A stretch of 64,000 nt of DNA from Eledone cirrhosa (GCA_964016885.1 OZ024742.1:278070001-278134000), one strand, 5' to 3'. Shown: positions 36,537 to 52,407, numbered from the stretch's first letter. Notes: generated from the sequence alone by a model not told the origin. A program made the numbers and translations.

Positions 36537-36959
36537 TAAAAAGAAGGTAATGTAGAAAAAGAAGAAAAAGAATATGATATAGAAAAAAGAAGAGAAAGAA
36601 GAAAAAGAATATGAGAAAGAAAAAGAAGAAAAAGAAGGAAAAGAAGAAAAAGATCGGAATAAAGAGAACGAAGAACACGATGAAGAGAATAAAACCAAAA
36701 AGTAGCAAATATCGAGAAAGAAGAAGAAAAAGAAAAAATGCAATAAAGAGAATGAATAAGAAAAAAGAATGAAATGAAGAAAATAAGAAAAATGAAGAAT
36801 AAAGAATGAAAAAGGAAGAAAAAACGAGGAAAAGAAATGAAAGGAGTATTAAACAGAAGCAACACGAAAGAAAATAAAAAGAAGTAAATGGTAAGATTAC
36901 CTGAGAGGGAAGAAGGAGAGGAGAAGAAGTGAGGCAGTGAACTTGTAGATGGATCTCCG

Positions 36960-37590
36960 TCAGTTACGACAATGAGTGTTCCTATTGTTCTAAAAACGGA
37001 ACAGCTTGCTCGTGAAATAAACGTGCAAATACTGAGCATTCAACAGGCATGTGCATCCATAATGTACTTTTCAGGGAGATTCAGTGTGACAGTAGCCCTT
37101 TGTTGCAAGTAGAGTTGGTAGTATCGGAATAGCGTCAGACACTATGCTTTGCAGCATAGAGTTACGGCCCTTTAGATTCTGAGTTCAAATCCCACCGAGG
37201 TTAACTTTGCCTTTCATCCTTACGTGGTCGATAAAACAAAGTACCAGCGTGTCACTATATGTGACAAGATAGGTTCTTTGAATTACAGGGACAATCAATG
37301 TTCTATTATAGTGTAAGTGGTAGAGCATTCCACGTCACACTCTATGTGACAAAGATGGTACAGTCCACCTTGTAATATGATGCATGAGCTGAGCCTGCCA
37401 TAAACACGTGTACCCTTAAGATTGTTCTCAGGTAGGTCCATCATGACATTTTATGTGACAAGGCTGGCCCTTTGAATTACAGAGGCAACACATTTTTTTC
37501 AACTGAGTACTGGGGCAACAAGAAATAAGGTGTCGAGAATCGAAATCATAGCTTTACAATTACAATTGGGTCTCGAACATCCTAACCCCT
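36960..37590 (-). mobile_element. Degenerate second-family SINE with a nested Meta-type SINE (37110-37247, plus strand)
   Basis: Reverse-complement similarity to 63100-63283; nested gagttcaaatcc and gcctttcatcc core. Confidence 0.55.
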
Positions 37591-37912
37591 ACCTCAGTTC
37601 TGACTCTTTAGGGAAGGGGCACAAGTGAAAACAATCCCACCTCCAAACAAGAGCAAAATACAAACCAAAATGTGGCTGACATTAAAGAATAAGAGTTGGC
37701 CATTCTGTCTGGTAATTCTCGCATGTTGAATGCACATAAGAATAGTTAAGAAATTGTAGTTAATAATCACGAATGAAATCACATCACCACCAACTCATAC
37801 TCTCACATACAAACCCACAACGCTGCAAAATTAAAAAGGGGTATATAGGTAGGTGTATGAATTTGGTGGTGGAGGGGCTGCATTGTCGACACGAAAAATC
37901 CATGAAGTATTG

Positions 37913-37945
<33 letters not shown>

Positions 37946-38109
37946 ATGCATGTGTGTGTATATTATATATATACATATATATATATGTATATATGTATAT
38001 GTATATATATATGTACACACACACTCATATATATATATACACACACACATACACACATATATATATATATACATATATATAATACATATTTAAACGTATT
38101 TATGTATAT

Positions 38110-38262
<153 letters not shown>

Positions 38263-38480
38263 GTATAAATATTCATATATTTAAATATATAAGCGCGTGC
38301 ATGAATGTGCACATGCGTGGGCGTATGTGTGTGTGAGTTGAACATTTTGTTTGACAAATTTCTTTTTCCAGATTGTTTTCGTCGTTTTCTGCTTTGACTT
38401 TTAATTTTGGCTTTAATGTTTGTTAGGCTGTTTGAATGGATGTATGAATATGTGTATGCGCATGTGTTCGTGTATATATG

Positions 38481-38526
<46 letters not shown>

Positions 38527-38866
38527 CGTATATGTCCCTACATGTATTTGTGTCTCCGTTCGTATATGGATGTGTACGTATGTTCATCTATGAGTGTATC
38601 TATACGAGTATCATGCTTGTATGTATGTATGCATGTATGTATGTATGTATGTATGTATGTATGTATGTATGTATGTATGTATGTATGTGTGTGTGTATAC
38701 ATGTATATATATATATATATGTTTGGTATGTATGTATTTATATGTTTTGTATGTTTTGTATATATTTATATATGTATGTATGCATGCATGTGTGTGTGTA
38801 TTTATGAGTATGTGTATGAAATAAACAGAGATAGAGAAAGAGAGAGTGAGTGAGAGAGAGAGGGGC

Positions 38867-38941
<75 letters not shown>

Positions 38942-39272
38942 CTTCTAGATCTCTGTTCGCGGTTCTGTGAGCGACGCCGAACGAAAGTAACACAATATGT
39001 TTCAGGCATTGACTAAATTAGATTGCTGAGACTTCGAAATAATATGAATTGGAGTTTCTAACGAAGCCACCATACACACACCATCACCCCCATCACACAC
39101 ACACATCCACGTCCACATGCACATACAAATATTTCTATAAGCATATGTATATATTTGCACGTACACATACACACATACACACACACACATATAACTATAT
39201 ATTTAAGTATGAATGTACATATATATATATATATATATATATAGTTATGTAATAAACAACATAAGACAATTA

Positions 39273-39345
39273 TTCCATTTACCAAAGGTTTCACGAAGAC
39301 AGACGGGCTCGAAACAGACGCCTGAAATCACTCATCAGAATGAAA
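39273..39345 (-). ncRNA. Type I hammerhead ribozyme with a long stem II loop
   Basis: TTTCATT CTGATGA GTGA..(31 nt)..TCGT GAAA CC ttt GG TA AATGGAA: 7-bp stem I, canonical core, GUA site. Confidence 0.7.
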
Positions 39346-39447
39346 AAAATTTAATATGGACGTAAGATACGAATTTAAAAGCAAAGGCTAAAACAATTGG
39401 AAGGGAGGCTGATATATAATATAAAATAAATAAATAAATAAACATTG

Positions 39448-39483
<36 letters not shown>

Positions 39484-39721
39484 ATACTTAAAGATGAATA
39501 TGAATATATGCATTTGCATGTATACACACACACGCAGGCAGGTGTACACTCTCACCCGTAGACACACAGACTCACACCACACGTACACACACAGAAACAT
39601 ACATGTATAAATAAAGGTAAAATATTAGTTGAATTAACACTTAATACATTTTAGCAGAATATATTCCTTAATCTCCCTGAGTGACCCCTGAGTTTCTATG
39701 GTGTGTATTTCGTATAAAATA

Positions 39722-40513
39722 CGAGGCATGACAGAAAAAAAATTCTCTTTTAAATATTCCACCTCGTGTATAAGGCATTTCCCCAACTTCTCCGCTACGT
39801 GTCCAGGCAATCTTGGAAGGATTCTCCCGGGATTCCATCGGCACCGCCCTCTAGATGGCTTCCAAATCCGGAAAACGGTTCCTCTTGACTCATCACCGGT
39901 GATGACTCTCCCCAGAAAGCCTGGTTTCGGTTTCATGGTGCTTGAAGATCTCCTGAAACACCTGCATGCACCAGTCCTTCTGATCATCGTTCAGCAGCTT
40001 CGGTACCATCTTCGCCCAGATAAACCGCATGCCCAAATCTTCGCGAGACATGCCCAGCTCACTTGCAATCAGTCGAACAGTCAGCCGACGATCACCACGC
40101 ACCACCTGCTTCACGCGCTTGACGTTTGCTTCAATCCTGCTCGTTGAAGGCCTCCCAATCCTCGGGTCGTCTCCCACCTCCTCGCGCTCCTCTTTGAACC
40201 TTCTATGCCACTCGAAAATCCGTGATGTGAAATCGTCTTATTTCCGTACACTTGCTGCAGTATTCCGAGTACTTCTGATGCAGTTTTCTCCAGTCGGACC
40301 AGAAACGTCAGTTTGGTTCATTGCTCTGTTCCCATCGCTCGACGGCTTAAAAATAATGAGCTGTTAATAAAAGCAAGTGAAAAAGTATACAATGGCTGCA
40401 GATGTCTGACATCGCAATTATATACTCCCCGGATATTACGTCACGTGGTGACGTAACCCGCTTATCCCTACCCCTCTCATAGCTAAGCTCTATTACGTTT
40501 CTGACACACCTCG
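39722..40513 (-). mobile_element. Internally deleted mariner transposon
   Basis: TIRs cgaggcatgacagaaa / tttctgacacacctcg; transposase remnants DDPRIGRPSTS, DRRLTVRLIA, AKMVPKLL and VITGDES. Confidence 0.85.
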
Positions 40514-40542
40514 TTTTATTATTATACTGTGTTTTCTTATAA

Positions 40543-42272
40543 CACCGTGTAACAAAAAAAAAACGTTTCTCTGTTCCTGGCTTGTAATCACTTTTTTTGT
40601 GTTGCTTAAGTCCCAAATAAATAAAAAAGTGCTATTAAACAGTTAAAAGTTTGGGTTTGTAAAAATTCTAAGCTATTCACTAGAATTATTTGTATGCTGG
40701 ATTTTACCTTGTATGTAAGTTTAATTTGCTTATGTTAAATGATTTTTTAAATATATGCTTCAGGTTAAATTAAAATTATAAAATAAAGAGTAATGCCTAA
40801 AGAAAATTATAAAAGTGCAATAAAGTATAAAATTGTTAAAAAGTGGATTAAAGAGGTTTATTGATACTGGATTTTCGCACCCTGAATAAAGGTTAAGTTG
40901 TGTTTTAAGCATTCGTCTCTAGGATGAAGCAGTGGAACTTGGTCAAGGAGGAAGTGCAGATGACAAGTCAGAGAAGTCGACACGAACCTTTCTCAGGCTT
41001 TTACACTCTTAGGGATAGCCTCTGCTTCTGCCATGACGTGCCTGGACTGTTTGGAGTGCCGTTTGTGCCCAAGGAGTGGCGGCTAGTTATAGACAGCTCC
41101 ACCACAAGTTTGAAGGCTGTCCTCCTCCACAATGGAAACAAGTTCCCGACACTGCCCCTAGCTCATTCAGTCTGCCTGAAGGAAGATTACTACAGTGTGA
41201 ACGTCCTCCTGGAAGCTCTGCAATACAACCAGTACAATTGAGAAATCATTGGCTACTTCAAGATGGTGGCTTTCCTGCTTGGACTCCAAGGAGGCTTTAT
41301 CAAATTCCAATGCTTCCTCTGTCTTTGGGACAGCAGAGCCACCTCTGACCACTACAAAAGAAAGGACTGGGATTAGCGAACAGAATTTGTAGTTGGGACC
41401 CAGAACGTCATGTGGGAGCCACTGGTTGATCCCAGGATTGTGCTCATGCCGCCACTGCACATTAATTTGGGGTTGATGAAGCAGTTTGTGAAGGCTCTCA
41501 ACCAAGAATCAGTCGCTTTTAAGTACCTTCTTGAGTTTTTTCCCCAAGTTATCTGAGGCCAAAATCAAAGGTGGAATTTTTGTTGGACCTCAGATAAAGA
41601 AGGTGATTCAGTCTACCGAGTTCTCCAATAAGCTCAATAGGATTGAGAGAACAGCATGGAACTGTTTCAAGGCAGTGTTAAGGGCTTCCTGGGCAACTAC
41701 AGAGCTGAAAACTACCAGCAACTGGTGTAGGATCTGATAAAGGCTTTTGGCACCATGGGATGCAGGTTGTCGCTTAAACTCCATATGCTGGACGCTCAAC
41801 TGGAAAAGTCCAAGGACAATATGGGCGCCTACTCAGAAGAACAAGGCGAACGATTCCACCAAGATGTGAACGAGATAGAGCGGAGGTAGCAGGGACACTA
41901 TAATGAAAAAAATGATGGGGGACTATTCTGGGGGCTAGTGCGGGAATGCGACCTGGACTACAACCGCAAATCCAGGAAATCCAGTCATTTCTGACGTGTA
42001 TAAGTTGCTTTATAAGTATTATTTGTTTTTACTTGTTTGCTTTTGATAAGCTTGTGTAATAAAATAAATATATACTCTGTTGATTTAATTATATAAACAG
42101 ATAAATTTTAAAAAAATGTGTTTTTTCTTGAAAAATATGAAAATTTCAAAATATCAAACTTCTGGTCACAAACCCAAACTTCTGATTAAATAATAATGTT
42201 TCTTTATAATGGGATATAACAAACCAGGAAATGATACGTAGAACCGGGGAACAAGAAATATTTTACACGGTG
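40543..42272 (+). mobile_element. Chapaev3-like (CMC) DNA transposon with a degraded transposase (40923-41994)
   Basis: TIRs CACCGTGTAA/TTACACGGTG; 3-bp TAA TSD; motifs EWRLVIDSS..SLKAVLLHNGN, CFLCLWDSRA, PPLHINLGLMKQFVKAL and SEEQGERFHQD, with stops and frameshifts. Confidence 0.8.
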
Positions 42273-43509
42273 TAATTTACTGCTGAAAAGGTCTAATAAG
42301 CCCGAAGCATATCTGTTGCATTTCCCACTTGTCTAGGTCTGCCTCTCGGTTCGATCAATTGATGTTATAGACGTTATCTCGCTTGTTCCTCTTTAGATAT
42401 TAAATACCCCTAAATGTCATTTTATTCTTCTAATTGTATCGATAGTATCAGTTAACTGAATGTTGTCAGATTATTACAGAAGTGAGTCAACATAGCTTAT
42501 TTAGATCGACAGTATGTTCTCTACCTTTGCATGACCGTAGGCTGGTAATGAAAAGGAAATAAGGCTACTGTTTCATGGAAATCAAACTATCTCGTAAGAG
42601 GCTTGAGTTCTCACTTGTTTTTATTTCATGCATGTTATTTCTACTATTCTCATTCGTTTTATGTTTTTAAGTCGGTGTAAGGGGGTTTAGCTATCTTTTT
42701 CAAATTGAGTAACTATGCAGTGGATCAATTTTCTTGACTTCTTTTGATTTCTTTTTGCGTCATTTAAACCGTTCTCATCCGCTGTATATTTTTAAGATGG
42801 TGGAATTGTGCTATGGTGGATATTTAGCTATCCATGTTGACTCATTTTTATCATGTAATTTTACTGTTCTCATTCACTGTACGTTATTAAGACAGTAAGC
42901 TTTGGCTACTATTTCAAGCATGTTGTGTGACCTTGTAGACACTCGATAGTTTTGTTAGCGCTTTTCTCACATTTTTGTTTGTGTTATTTCCAGTTCTCAT
43001 CCGCTTTATGAGTTGTTGCCATTGTGTTATTTGCTTCATATTGTAAATGCTCAGGTGTTTTGCGTGTGAAGAATTCTTGTATTACATTCATTGGTTTGTA
43101 GCAGATTGCAGTTTTTTATTCTGCATGTGAATAGTTATTTTATTTTATTTTCAATGCATCCTTTTTGTATGAGCTTTGTCTATTTCTGTTTCTAAGAGGT
43201 TTTTTTGCTGTCTTTTTATTATAAATCTGCATTTCATTTGCCATGGTCAGTGTGTTTATGCATATTTGTTGTTTTATATTTTCGTTTATTTATACTACAG
43301 ATCTCGCATTTCTCTTTTATGGTGCTATCGTGCGTACTGGCAATAGTTGACCGTGTAATATAAGCGCAACACTTCTTAGGCATTGTCCTTTTGGGTCATT
43401 GTTTCCTTCTAGCTTTACGTTTTAGTTTGATGGAAACTTCCTAGCAGTAGGAAACGAGCTTGTATGTTATGAATTAACCTTTTATGAGGAAACTGCAGCT
43501 GATGCTCGA

Positions 43510-44255
43510 GTTACACATGCTTTGTAACAGTACTGCGTTGTTTAAATTGGATAAAAAATGCTTTGTAGTGCTTGTTTTGGCTCTCTGCGTTCTGAGCTCA
43601 AATCCAACTGAGGTGAACTTTGCTTTCCGTTCTTTCAGAAGCTTTACTAGATTAAACTGATTCCTATAATTCCTTAATTGACATGTACTATTTTATTACA
43701 GACAGCGAAATATCCTTGTAGTATTTTTTCCGGAGGCGGTGAATTGGCAGAGTCATTAGAACGTCAGATAGTGTGTTTTGTGGTAATCAGTCCGGCTCTC
43801 TGCTGTCTGAGTTCAAATCCCGTTGAGGTCAACTTTACCTTTCATCCTTTCGAAGTCGATAAAAAAGTACCAGTCGAATAGCGGGGGCGATCCCTCTATA
43901 TCCCTATCTCACGTCCTCTCTCTCCGTTTCTATTCTTTGGAAGAAATCTGCTGTACTCAGGCCAGGAGGGGGTTGGGCTCTGCCAGACTTAAAAAGCCAA
44001 AGAAACACCGTATGCTAATACGGCGCCCCTACGATTCCATCAGGAGTTACGCGACCATAACATACCATTTGTTCCAGCCCTCTGCGCTCTGAGTTCAAAT
44101 CCCCCCGAAGTCGGCTTTGCTTTTTCTCCTTTTCTGTGGTCAAATAAAAGGCTAATTCAAGATAATGGATTCGACGGAATGATTAGAGAGTCAGGTAAGA
44201 TACCTTGCACTATCTGTCCCGGTTCTTTCCAATTTGAGTTCAAATCTCACCGTAA
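43510..44255 (+). mobile_element. Cluster of about four degenerate Meta-type SINE heads
   Basis: Repeated ctgagttcaaatcc B-boxes at ~43592, 43808, 44090 and 44235. Confidence 0.6.
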
Positions 44256-44738
44256 ACAAAATGAAAAAAAGAAAAAAGTAAGAAAGCGAATCAAATTCTA
44301 GAAAGAAGAGAAGATATGAAACAGGAGGAATGAGGTTAAGCCGCTGTCAGCACCTCTCTCTCTCTCTCTCTCTCCCTCTCTCTCTCTCTTTCTCTCTCGT
44401 TACCGACCTATAACCTCACCTCACCTACGACCATCACGTCGAGTCTAGTTAAATGTTTTACTATTTTCCTGACCCAAAGTATTTCATCTATTTGGTTTAG
44501 ATCAGCTGTATCATCTAACCTCCATTTACCATCATTGCATAAACCTTCATCACTGTCATCACCAGCACAAACATACACCATATCAATCATCTTCATCATC
44601 ATCATTGTTATGATGTATGTATGCATGTATATGTATGTATGTATGTATGTCTATATAGTCTGTACATGTATATATGTATTTATGCATGTTTGCATGTATG
44701 TACGAATGTATGTCTACACAAACACACACTCATACACA

Positions 44739-44810
<72 letters not shown>

Positions 44811-44830
44811 TACATACATTCATGCATGCA

Positions 44831-44872
<42 letters not shown>

Positions 44873-44948
44873 TAATAATACATGTATATGTATGTATAAT
44901 CCTTTATACATATATATGTATATATAATCATATATATATGTGTATATA

Positions 44949-45057
<109 letters not shown>

Positions 45058-45113
45058 CTGTGTGTGTAAGTATGTCTATGTATATATTCATATGTGTATG
45101 TGTATATACTTAC

Positions 45114-45144
<31 letters not shown>

Positions 45145-45537
45145 CATACATACATACATACATACATACATACATACATACAAATAAGAATAAAATACAG
45201 ACGCAGAAAGATAAACAGAAAAAAGGAAAATAAGAAAAAAATAGAAATAAAAATAAAACTTAGAAATGAGCCAAATCTAAAAAGTAAAGAAAAGAAGTTG
45301 GCACTGTTTTACCATTAATTGAATGGCATTCCTTTCTATTAAAGAAATCACATCTAAAATATCTTGTTGACAGACAGTTCCACAGTTCTAAAGTTCTTCA
45401 GTTCTAAAGTTCTTGCGAACATTCCTTTGCAATCACACCATTTCCACAAACCATTTCTTTGCACTGAAACAGACACTCACGTTCCAATGCGAATCGCTGT
45501 CACTCTTTATTTTTATTTACTCCCTTTCTTTCTTTAT

Positions 45538-45589
<52 letters not shown>

Positions 45590-45616
45590 TTTTCTTTTTT
45601 TCTTTCTTTCTTTCTC

Positions 45617-45664
<48 letters not shown>

Positions 45665-45963
45665 TCCTTTGCTCTTTCTTTCTTTCCTTCTTTTATACGT
45701 TTTTGGATTCTGTGTTTTTCTCAGCCACACATACTCACACAAACACACATGCACAGAATCACTATGGCACAAACATGTACACGTATATACATATATATTA
45801 ATATTATATATAATATGTGCCTGTATGTATATATCATATATAATATATGTATGTATGTATGTATGTATGTATTTATGTACCTACACATACATGCATTCAT
45901 ACATATATTTGTTTTGCGTCAATCTTGCTTTTGTTTCTGTGTATGTTGTGTTTGTGTGTATGG

Positions 45964-46029
<66 letters not shown>

Positions 46030-46208
46030 GAATGTATGTATTATATGTATGTATATATGTATATGCACATGTATGTTTGTATAAATATATATATATAAAT
46101 ATATAATATATATATCTATATCTATACATATATATATATATATATATTATATATTTATATATATATATTTATACAAACATACATGTTTGTATAAATATAT
46201 ATATATAA

Positions 46209-46304
<96 letters not shown>

Positions 46305-46342
46305 CAAACATACATGTGCATATACATATATACATACATATA

Positions 46343-46373
<31 letters not shown>

Positions 46374-46374
46374 A

Positions 46375-46511
<137 letters not shown>

Positions 46512-46793
46512 TGTGTGTGTATGTGTATGTACATATGTAAACTCATACATATGTACAAACTGTCGCTGATTGATTAGAAAAGTGATGACGTAGGCACATC
46601 TTTTACTGAAGCAGGCACATTAACTAATTGGTCCGAAAGGTGATGATGCAAGCATGTCTGTTGATACTGGCGTCTGTGGATGGTGATGTTGGTGGCGTTG
46701 GTTAAACACCTATTGCAACAGTTGATTAGTGAGAGACGTGATGAACTGGGCACATCTGTTTACAACAGCCTAGCTAATATTAGAGGCTCTCTG

Positions 46794-46958
46794 TGGATTG
46801 GCAGTATCGGTAGAGGGTCAGCCGCCATGATTTGACGCATAGAGTTGCCAGTCTGAGTTCAAATCCCCCCGAGGTTAACTTTGCCTTTCATCCTTACGGG
46901 GTCGATAAAATAAAGTACCAGTAATGTACGCTGGCCTTGTACGAAATGTAGAAATAAT
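46794..46958 (+). mobile_element. Meta-type SINE with a perfect 16-bp TSD
   Basis: tattagaggctctctg at 46778-46793 and 46959-46974. Confidence 0.9.
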
Positions 46959-47260
46959 TATTAGAGGCTCTCTGACAAAAGAAAAACTGTCAGTGTTAAG
47001 GTCTACGTTGATTCACTGAAAGGTTTTGCCGAGCACACACACACACTCATGCACACACATAATACACACACATACATGCACACAGACACACATAACGCAC
47101 ACACACATACACACACACATATATACACACATATATACACACACATACACACACATACATGCACACACACATACATACATACACACACACATACATACAC
47201 ATGCACGCACGCACACACACATACATACACACACACACGAACATACACACACACACAGTA

Positions 47261-47291
<31 letters not shown>

Positions 47292-47666
47292 GCATGCATC
47301 ACGAACCGCACGTACACACACACATGCACACTCTCACACACACAAACACACATGTGCTCACATACACACACAATATCAGCTTCTATCCTGTTCGATATAT
47401 TTACTATTTATGACATCAACAACTGTTATATATGGTCATTCACCTTAGATGAACAGCGGCTGCCGAGGAATATAGACTCCGAATAATTCGTGGCAGATAT
47501 TGCATACTTTATTCGAAGGATATATTTAAGGCCCTTTCTCACCTTCTGTTTGCTTCATAGGAACAAATGAATATAGTACCAACCGACTGCTTGTTGAGTT
47601 GTAATGCACTTACTGAGATCTACTATCTAGATGAACTAAAATTGATCTGCCAAAATTCATGTGCAT

Positions 47667-47744
<78 letters not shown>

Positions 47745-47768
47745 TCACGCACATATTTACATGTGTGA

Positions 47769-47809
<41 letters not shown>

Positions 47810-48449
47810 TATATATTTTTATACATTCATTATCTATATAAAAACCGCGTGACCACACCTGCTACTGCTTCCTAAAATTATGATATTTTCTTTCCTGTAA
47901 ATCTAATAAATGATTTCATTCCGTTTGTATAAATAAAATTAATAATAACATTCTAAATAAATAATATATAAGTAATGCCTGGTACTTAAACCTACTTACT
48001 ACCACCTATTAGATTATCTTCCACTCCTGCAATGTCACATAACAGATATCACAACTGAACAGGAAAAATAACTAATAACACTGTTAATAGTAATCACGTA
48101 AAACTTGTAACTCAACTTATATGTATCTATGACCAAAAGACTCCATATACAAAATATGTTTTTTGAATCTAACTGCTTGCTCTATGTTCAATGTTTTGAT
48201 ATAATATTTACTCTTTGTAATTGGTAAACTTTATTCTTTTGCATTTTCCTGAGGATATGCGAGTTATATTTATTATGTATAATGTAGATAATTCATAACT
48301 AAACTTTCCAGTTGTTCTACAAATGTAACTATATTGAAATGGACGTATAAATAAAGGAATGAATGTAAGTTGTTAACTTTGGTCTTTTGTCATGTTGAAT
48401 ATATATATTTATATATATATGTTTTAGGTAATTCCGAAGGAAAAGCAAG

Positions 48450-48511
<62 letters not shown>

Positions 48512-48729
48512 TATTCATACAAATATGTAAATTAACTGCATTTTGCACATCCGCAGTTCAAAAAGCATATAATTCTGAAACCGGTACCACTATTGAATGC
48601 GGAAATACCCACTTTATAAATAAATGTTTTGATATTATACTGAAAAAAATCTCTCCACCATTTTCTACTGAAGTTTTTACGTTTTTACTATTTGTTTATA
48701 TAAATTAACTGGTGTTTTACTTTTCTACA

Positions 48730-48794
<65 letters not shown>

Positions 48795-49389
48795 CAAGAT
48801 GGCGTAGGACAGAACAAAGGAGAGGCACAGAACAAAGAAAAGAATCCCCAGTCACTGAAGAGGTCACAGAATGTGTGACGAAAGAACTTTGACAATATAT
48901 GAATGACCGTTCGGTTATGGAACCAACCAACCAGCCGGAAATTTACAAATTTCTTAAATTTATAAAGTTAATTTATAATAAATTGGAGTGTAACAACTGG
49001 TGCGTGTGTTTCTTATTGGCAACATGACCCTCCAAAAGTATAACAATATATATATATGTATATATATATATAATACAAATGTACACAATTATATATCGTG
49101 GGAGAGCCATTTTAGCAATCTAAAAGTAAACGAAAATTGTTATATTTTCTTTATATTTATTTCGTGATATGTCAAACCTTTCGTAGTTTCACTGTACCTA
49201 GTGACAGGGAGTATGTCGCAGGTCTGAAGGGAACGGAAAACCACAGCCAATCGATTTCAAAAGGATCTATGCCAAATAAAACAGCTCGAGATACACAATT
49301 CTTGGGAGGATAAAGAGAGGTTGGTAACGATTGGAATCAATTTGATCATAGGTCTTCTCAATTTGGGACCGGAAATGGGGCTAAATCAA

Positions 49390-50152
49390 CAACAACAACA
49401 GCAAATAACAATAACCTAAGCACTACTATCATTCCCATCATAATAACACACAACAACGGGAACAGCTAACCTCAAACTAAAAACAACAGCAATAGAAACA
49501 CCACTAGAAACACCACTCCAAATACCAACACCATCACCACAATCACCAACAACAGCAACACCACAACCATCATTACCACCGCCGCCGCCACCACCACCAC
49601 CACCACCAGAACCACCAGCATCAGCATCAGCAGCACCACCACCACCACCACCAACGCCACCACCAGCACGGACCACCACCACCAGCACGGGACCATCACC
49701 ACCACCACCAACAGCAATCCACCACCATCACCACCAGCACCACCAGAACCACCAGCATCAGCAGCAGCAGCAGCACCACCACCACCGCCACCACCAGCAC
49801 GGACCACCACCACCAACACCACCACCGCCACCACCAGCACGGGACCACCACCACCACTACCCACAACACCAGCACCAGCACCAGCACCACCACCACCAGC
49901 ACCACCACCAACAACAACAACACCACCAACAACAACAACACCACCAACAGCACCACCAGCGCCAACAACACCACCACCACTACCACCACCACAACCAGCA
50001 CCACCACCACCACCACCAACAACAACAACACCAGCACCACCACCACAACCAGCACAACCAACAACAGCACCAGCACCACCAACAACAGCAACACCAACAA
50101 CAACACCACCACCACCAACAACAACACCTGCACCACCACCACCACCACTACC

Positions 50153-50216
<64 letters not shown>

Positions 50217-50402
50217 CCTGCACCACCACCACCACCACCACCACCAGCATCACCACCACCACCACCACCACCACCACCAACACCACCACAACCACCACCA
50301 CCACCACCACCACCACCACCACCAGCACCACCGCCACCAGTACCACCAACAGCAACACTACCGCCACCACCACCACCGCCACCACCACCACCACCACCAC
50401 CA
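49390..50402. repeat. Compound (CAC/CAA/CAG)n trinucleotide tract
   Basis: About 1 kb of degenerate triplets with short internal duplications. Confidence 0.9.
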
Positions 50403-51704
50403 TTGAGAGAGAGAGTATTAGGTTTGTTTATTGGCAAGCTTAGCCGGGCTGAAAATCTTTTATGTTTGTATTGAGAACAACATAAATCAGTTTTTGAGAA
50501 ATTTTACTTTTTATGTTTGAGACATTTGGTTAACTTATTGTTTTGGTTACGTGTGTGTGTGTGTGTGTCTACGTGTGTGTCTGTGAGTGTGTGATGGCGT
50601 TTTGTGTGTGTACGTGTTTCTGTGTGTGTATGTATGCGTGTGTGTCTGCGTGTTTGTGTGTGTATGTATGTGTGTGCGTGTGTGTATGTTTGTATGTGAT
50701 GGCATTGTGTTTTGTGTGTCATGGTGTTGTGTGTGTGTGTAATGGCATTGTGTGTGTGAGTGTGTGAGTGTGTGTGTGTGTATGTGTGTGTGTATGTGTG
50801 TGTGTATGTGATGGTAATGTGTGTGTATGAGTGTGTTTTGTATGTCCGTGTGTTTGTTTGTTGTGATGGCGTTGTGTGTGTATGAGTGTGTTTTGTGTGA
50901 TGGCATTGTGTGTGTGTGAGTGTGTTTTATATGTGATGGCGTTGTGTGTGTGTGATGGCATTGTGTATGTGTGTGTGTGAGTGTGTGTGTTTTATGTGGG
51001 ATGGCGTTGTGTGGGTGTTTTGTGTGAGTGGGATTGTATTATGATGGTACGTGTGTGTGGGGGGGTTATTGTACTGTATTATGTGCGCGTACGTTGTGTC
51101 TCTATGTGTGTACTGTGTGTACTGTGTTGTGTGTGGGCGTGGTATGGTGTGTTATGTATGTTGTATGCGTGTTGTGTGATGTATTTTCTATGTATGTATG
51201 GTGCGCTTGTGTATTCTGTGTGTTTTGTGTGTGTGTACTTATGTATAGATGTAAGAATATATATGTGTATGTATGTGTGCGTGTGTGTATATATGTATGT
51301 ATGTGTGCATGCGTGTATGTATGTATGAGTGTATTATGTATGAATGTATGTATGCATGCGTGCATGTATGTATGTGTGTATGTATCTATGTATGAATGTA
51401 TTATGTATGTATGTATGTATGCATGCGTGCATGTATGTATGTGTGTATGTATGTATGTATGTATGTATGTATGTATGTATGTATGTATGTATTATGTATG
51501 TATGTAAGCATTTATGTCTGTGTGTGAGTGTGTCAGTAAGTGAGGATGTGTGTAGATGCAAGCGCGTGTGTGCGTGAATGCACAAACAAGTATTGTTTGG
51601 TTTGTACAAGAATAGTAGCGAATGAGGAACTTTTAAATACCAAAATACAGAATAAACACACATATACAGACATATATACACACACACACACACAGATACA
51701 CGCC

Positions 51705-51789
<85 letters not shown>

Positions 51790-52022
51790 ACACACATATA
51801 CATATATTTATATATATATATACATATATATGAATTAACAGACACACAAATATATAGGAGATTATTCTGCTATGTTTATATTGAACATATTAACAGTTTA
51901 TGTTTCAAAATAGCCTAAACTAGGACATTATTACTGAGAGGCCTTTTATATCAGGGAAGGAATGAATATTAATGAATACACATACATATGGATACATATA
52001 TAACTCGCTTACTATATATATA

Positions 52023-52396
52023 CAATTGGACCCCCGCGAATAGCGGGGGTTACGTTTCTAGAACTCCCACAAAGAGCGAACATCTGCGAATATTGGACGT
52101 GGTCCATAAAAATGCCGATAAACGTCAAAATAAAGTGTAAAATAGAATAAAAAATGAGAGAACATCTTATGCGAAGGGTCGTCCTATAGGCCGGCAAATA
52201 CGGTACATTGTTATTAATAATTTAGCGTGAAAAATATATATTTCCACGAAAAATACCATTCATAAAATGGCGGAAGATATTTGCGATCCGCAAATATGCG
52301 TTGGTTTTCACGAACAATTATTAGTTAGGTTCTACGGAAATTCCGCAAACAACCGGGACTGCGAATGTCGGGACCGCCAATGCCCAGGGTACACCG
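52023..52396. mobile_element. Tigger/pogo-like MITE
   Basis: TA|CAattGGACCCCCGCGAAT ... GGGTACACCG|TA imperfect termini. Confidence 0.5.
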
Positions 52397-52407
52397 TATT
52401 TATACAT

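Noticed and set aside
46575-47665. Possible exons at ~46575-46757 and ~47440-47645
   Set aside because: Splice-like signals are present, but frames are short or inconsistent and no homology is recognisable.
49416-50437. Gly/Val-rich 321-aa and 235-aa ORFs as structural proteins
   Set aside because: Stop-free only because of the triplet repeat; no signal peptide, and several frames are open.
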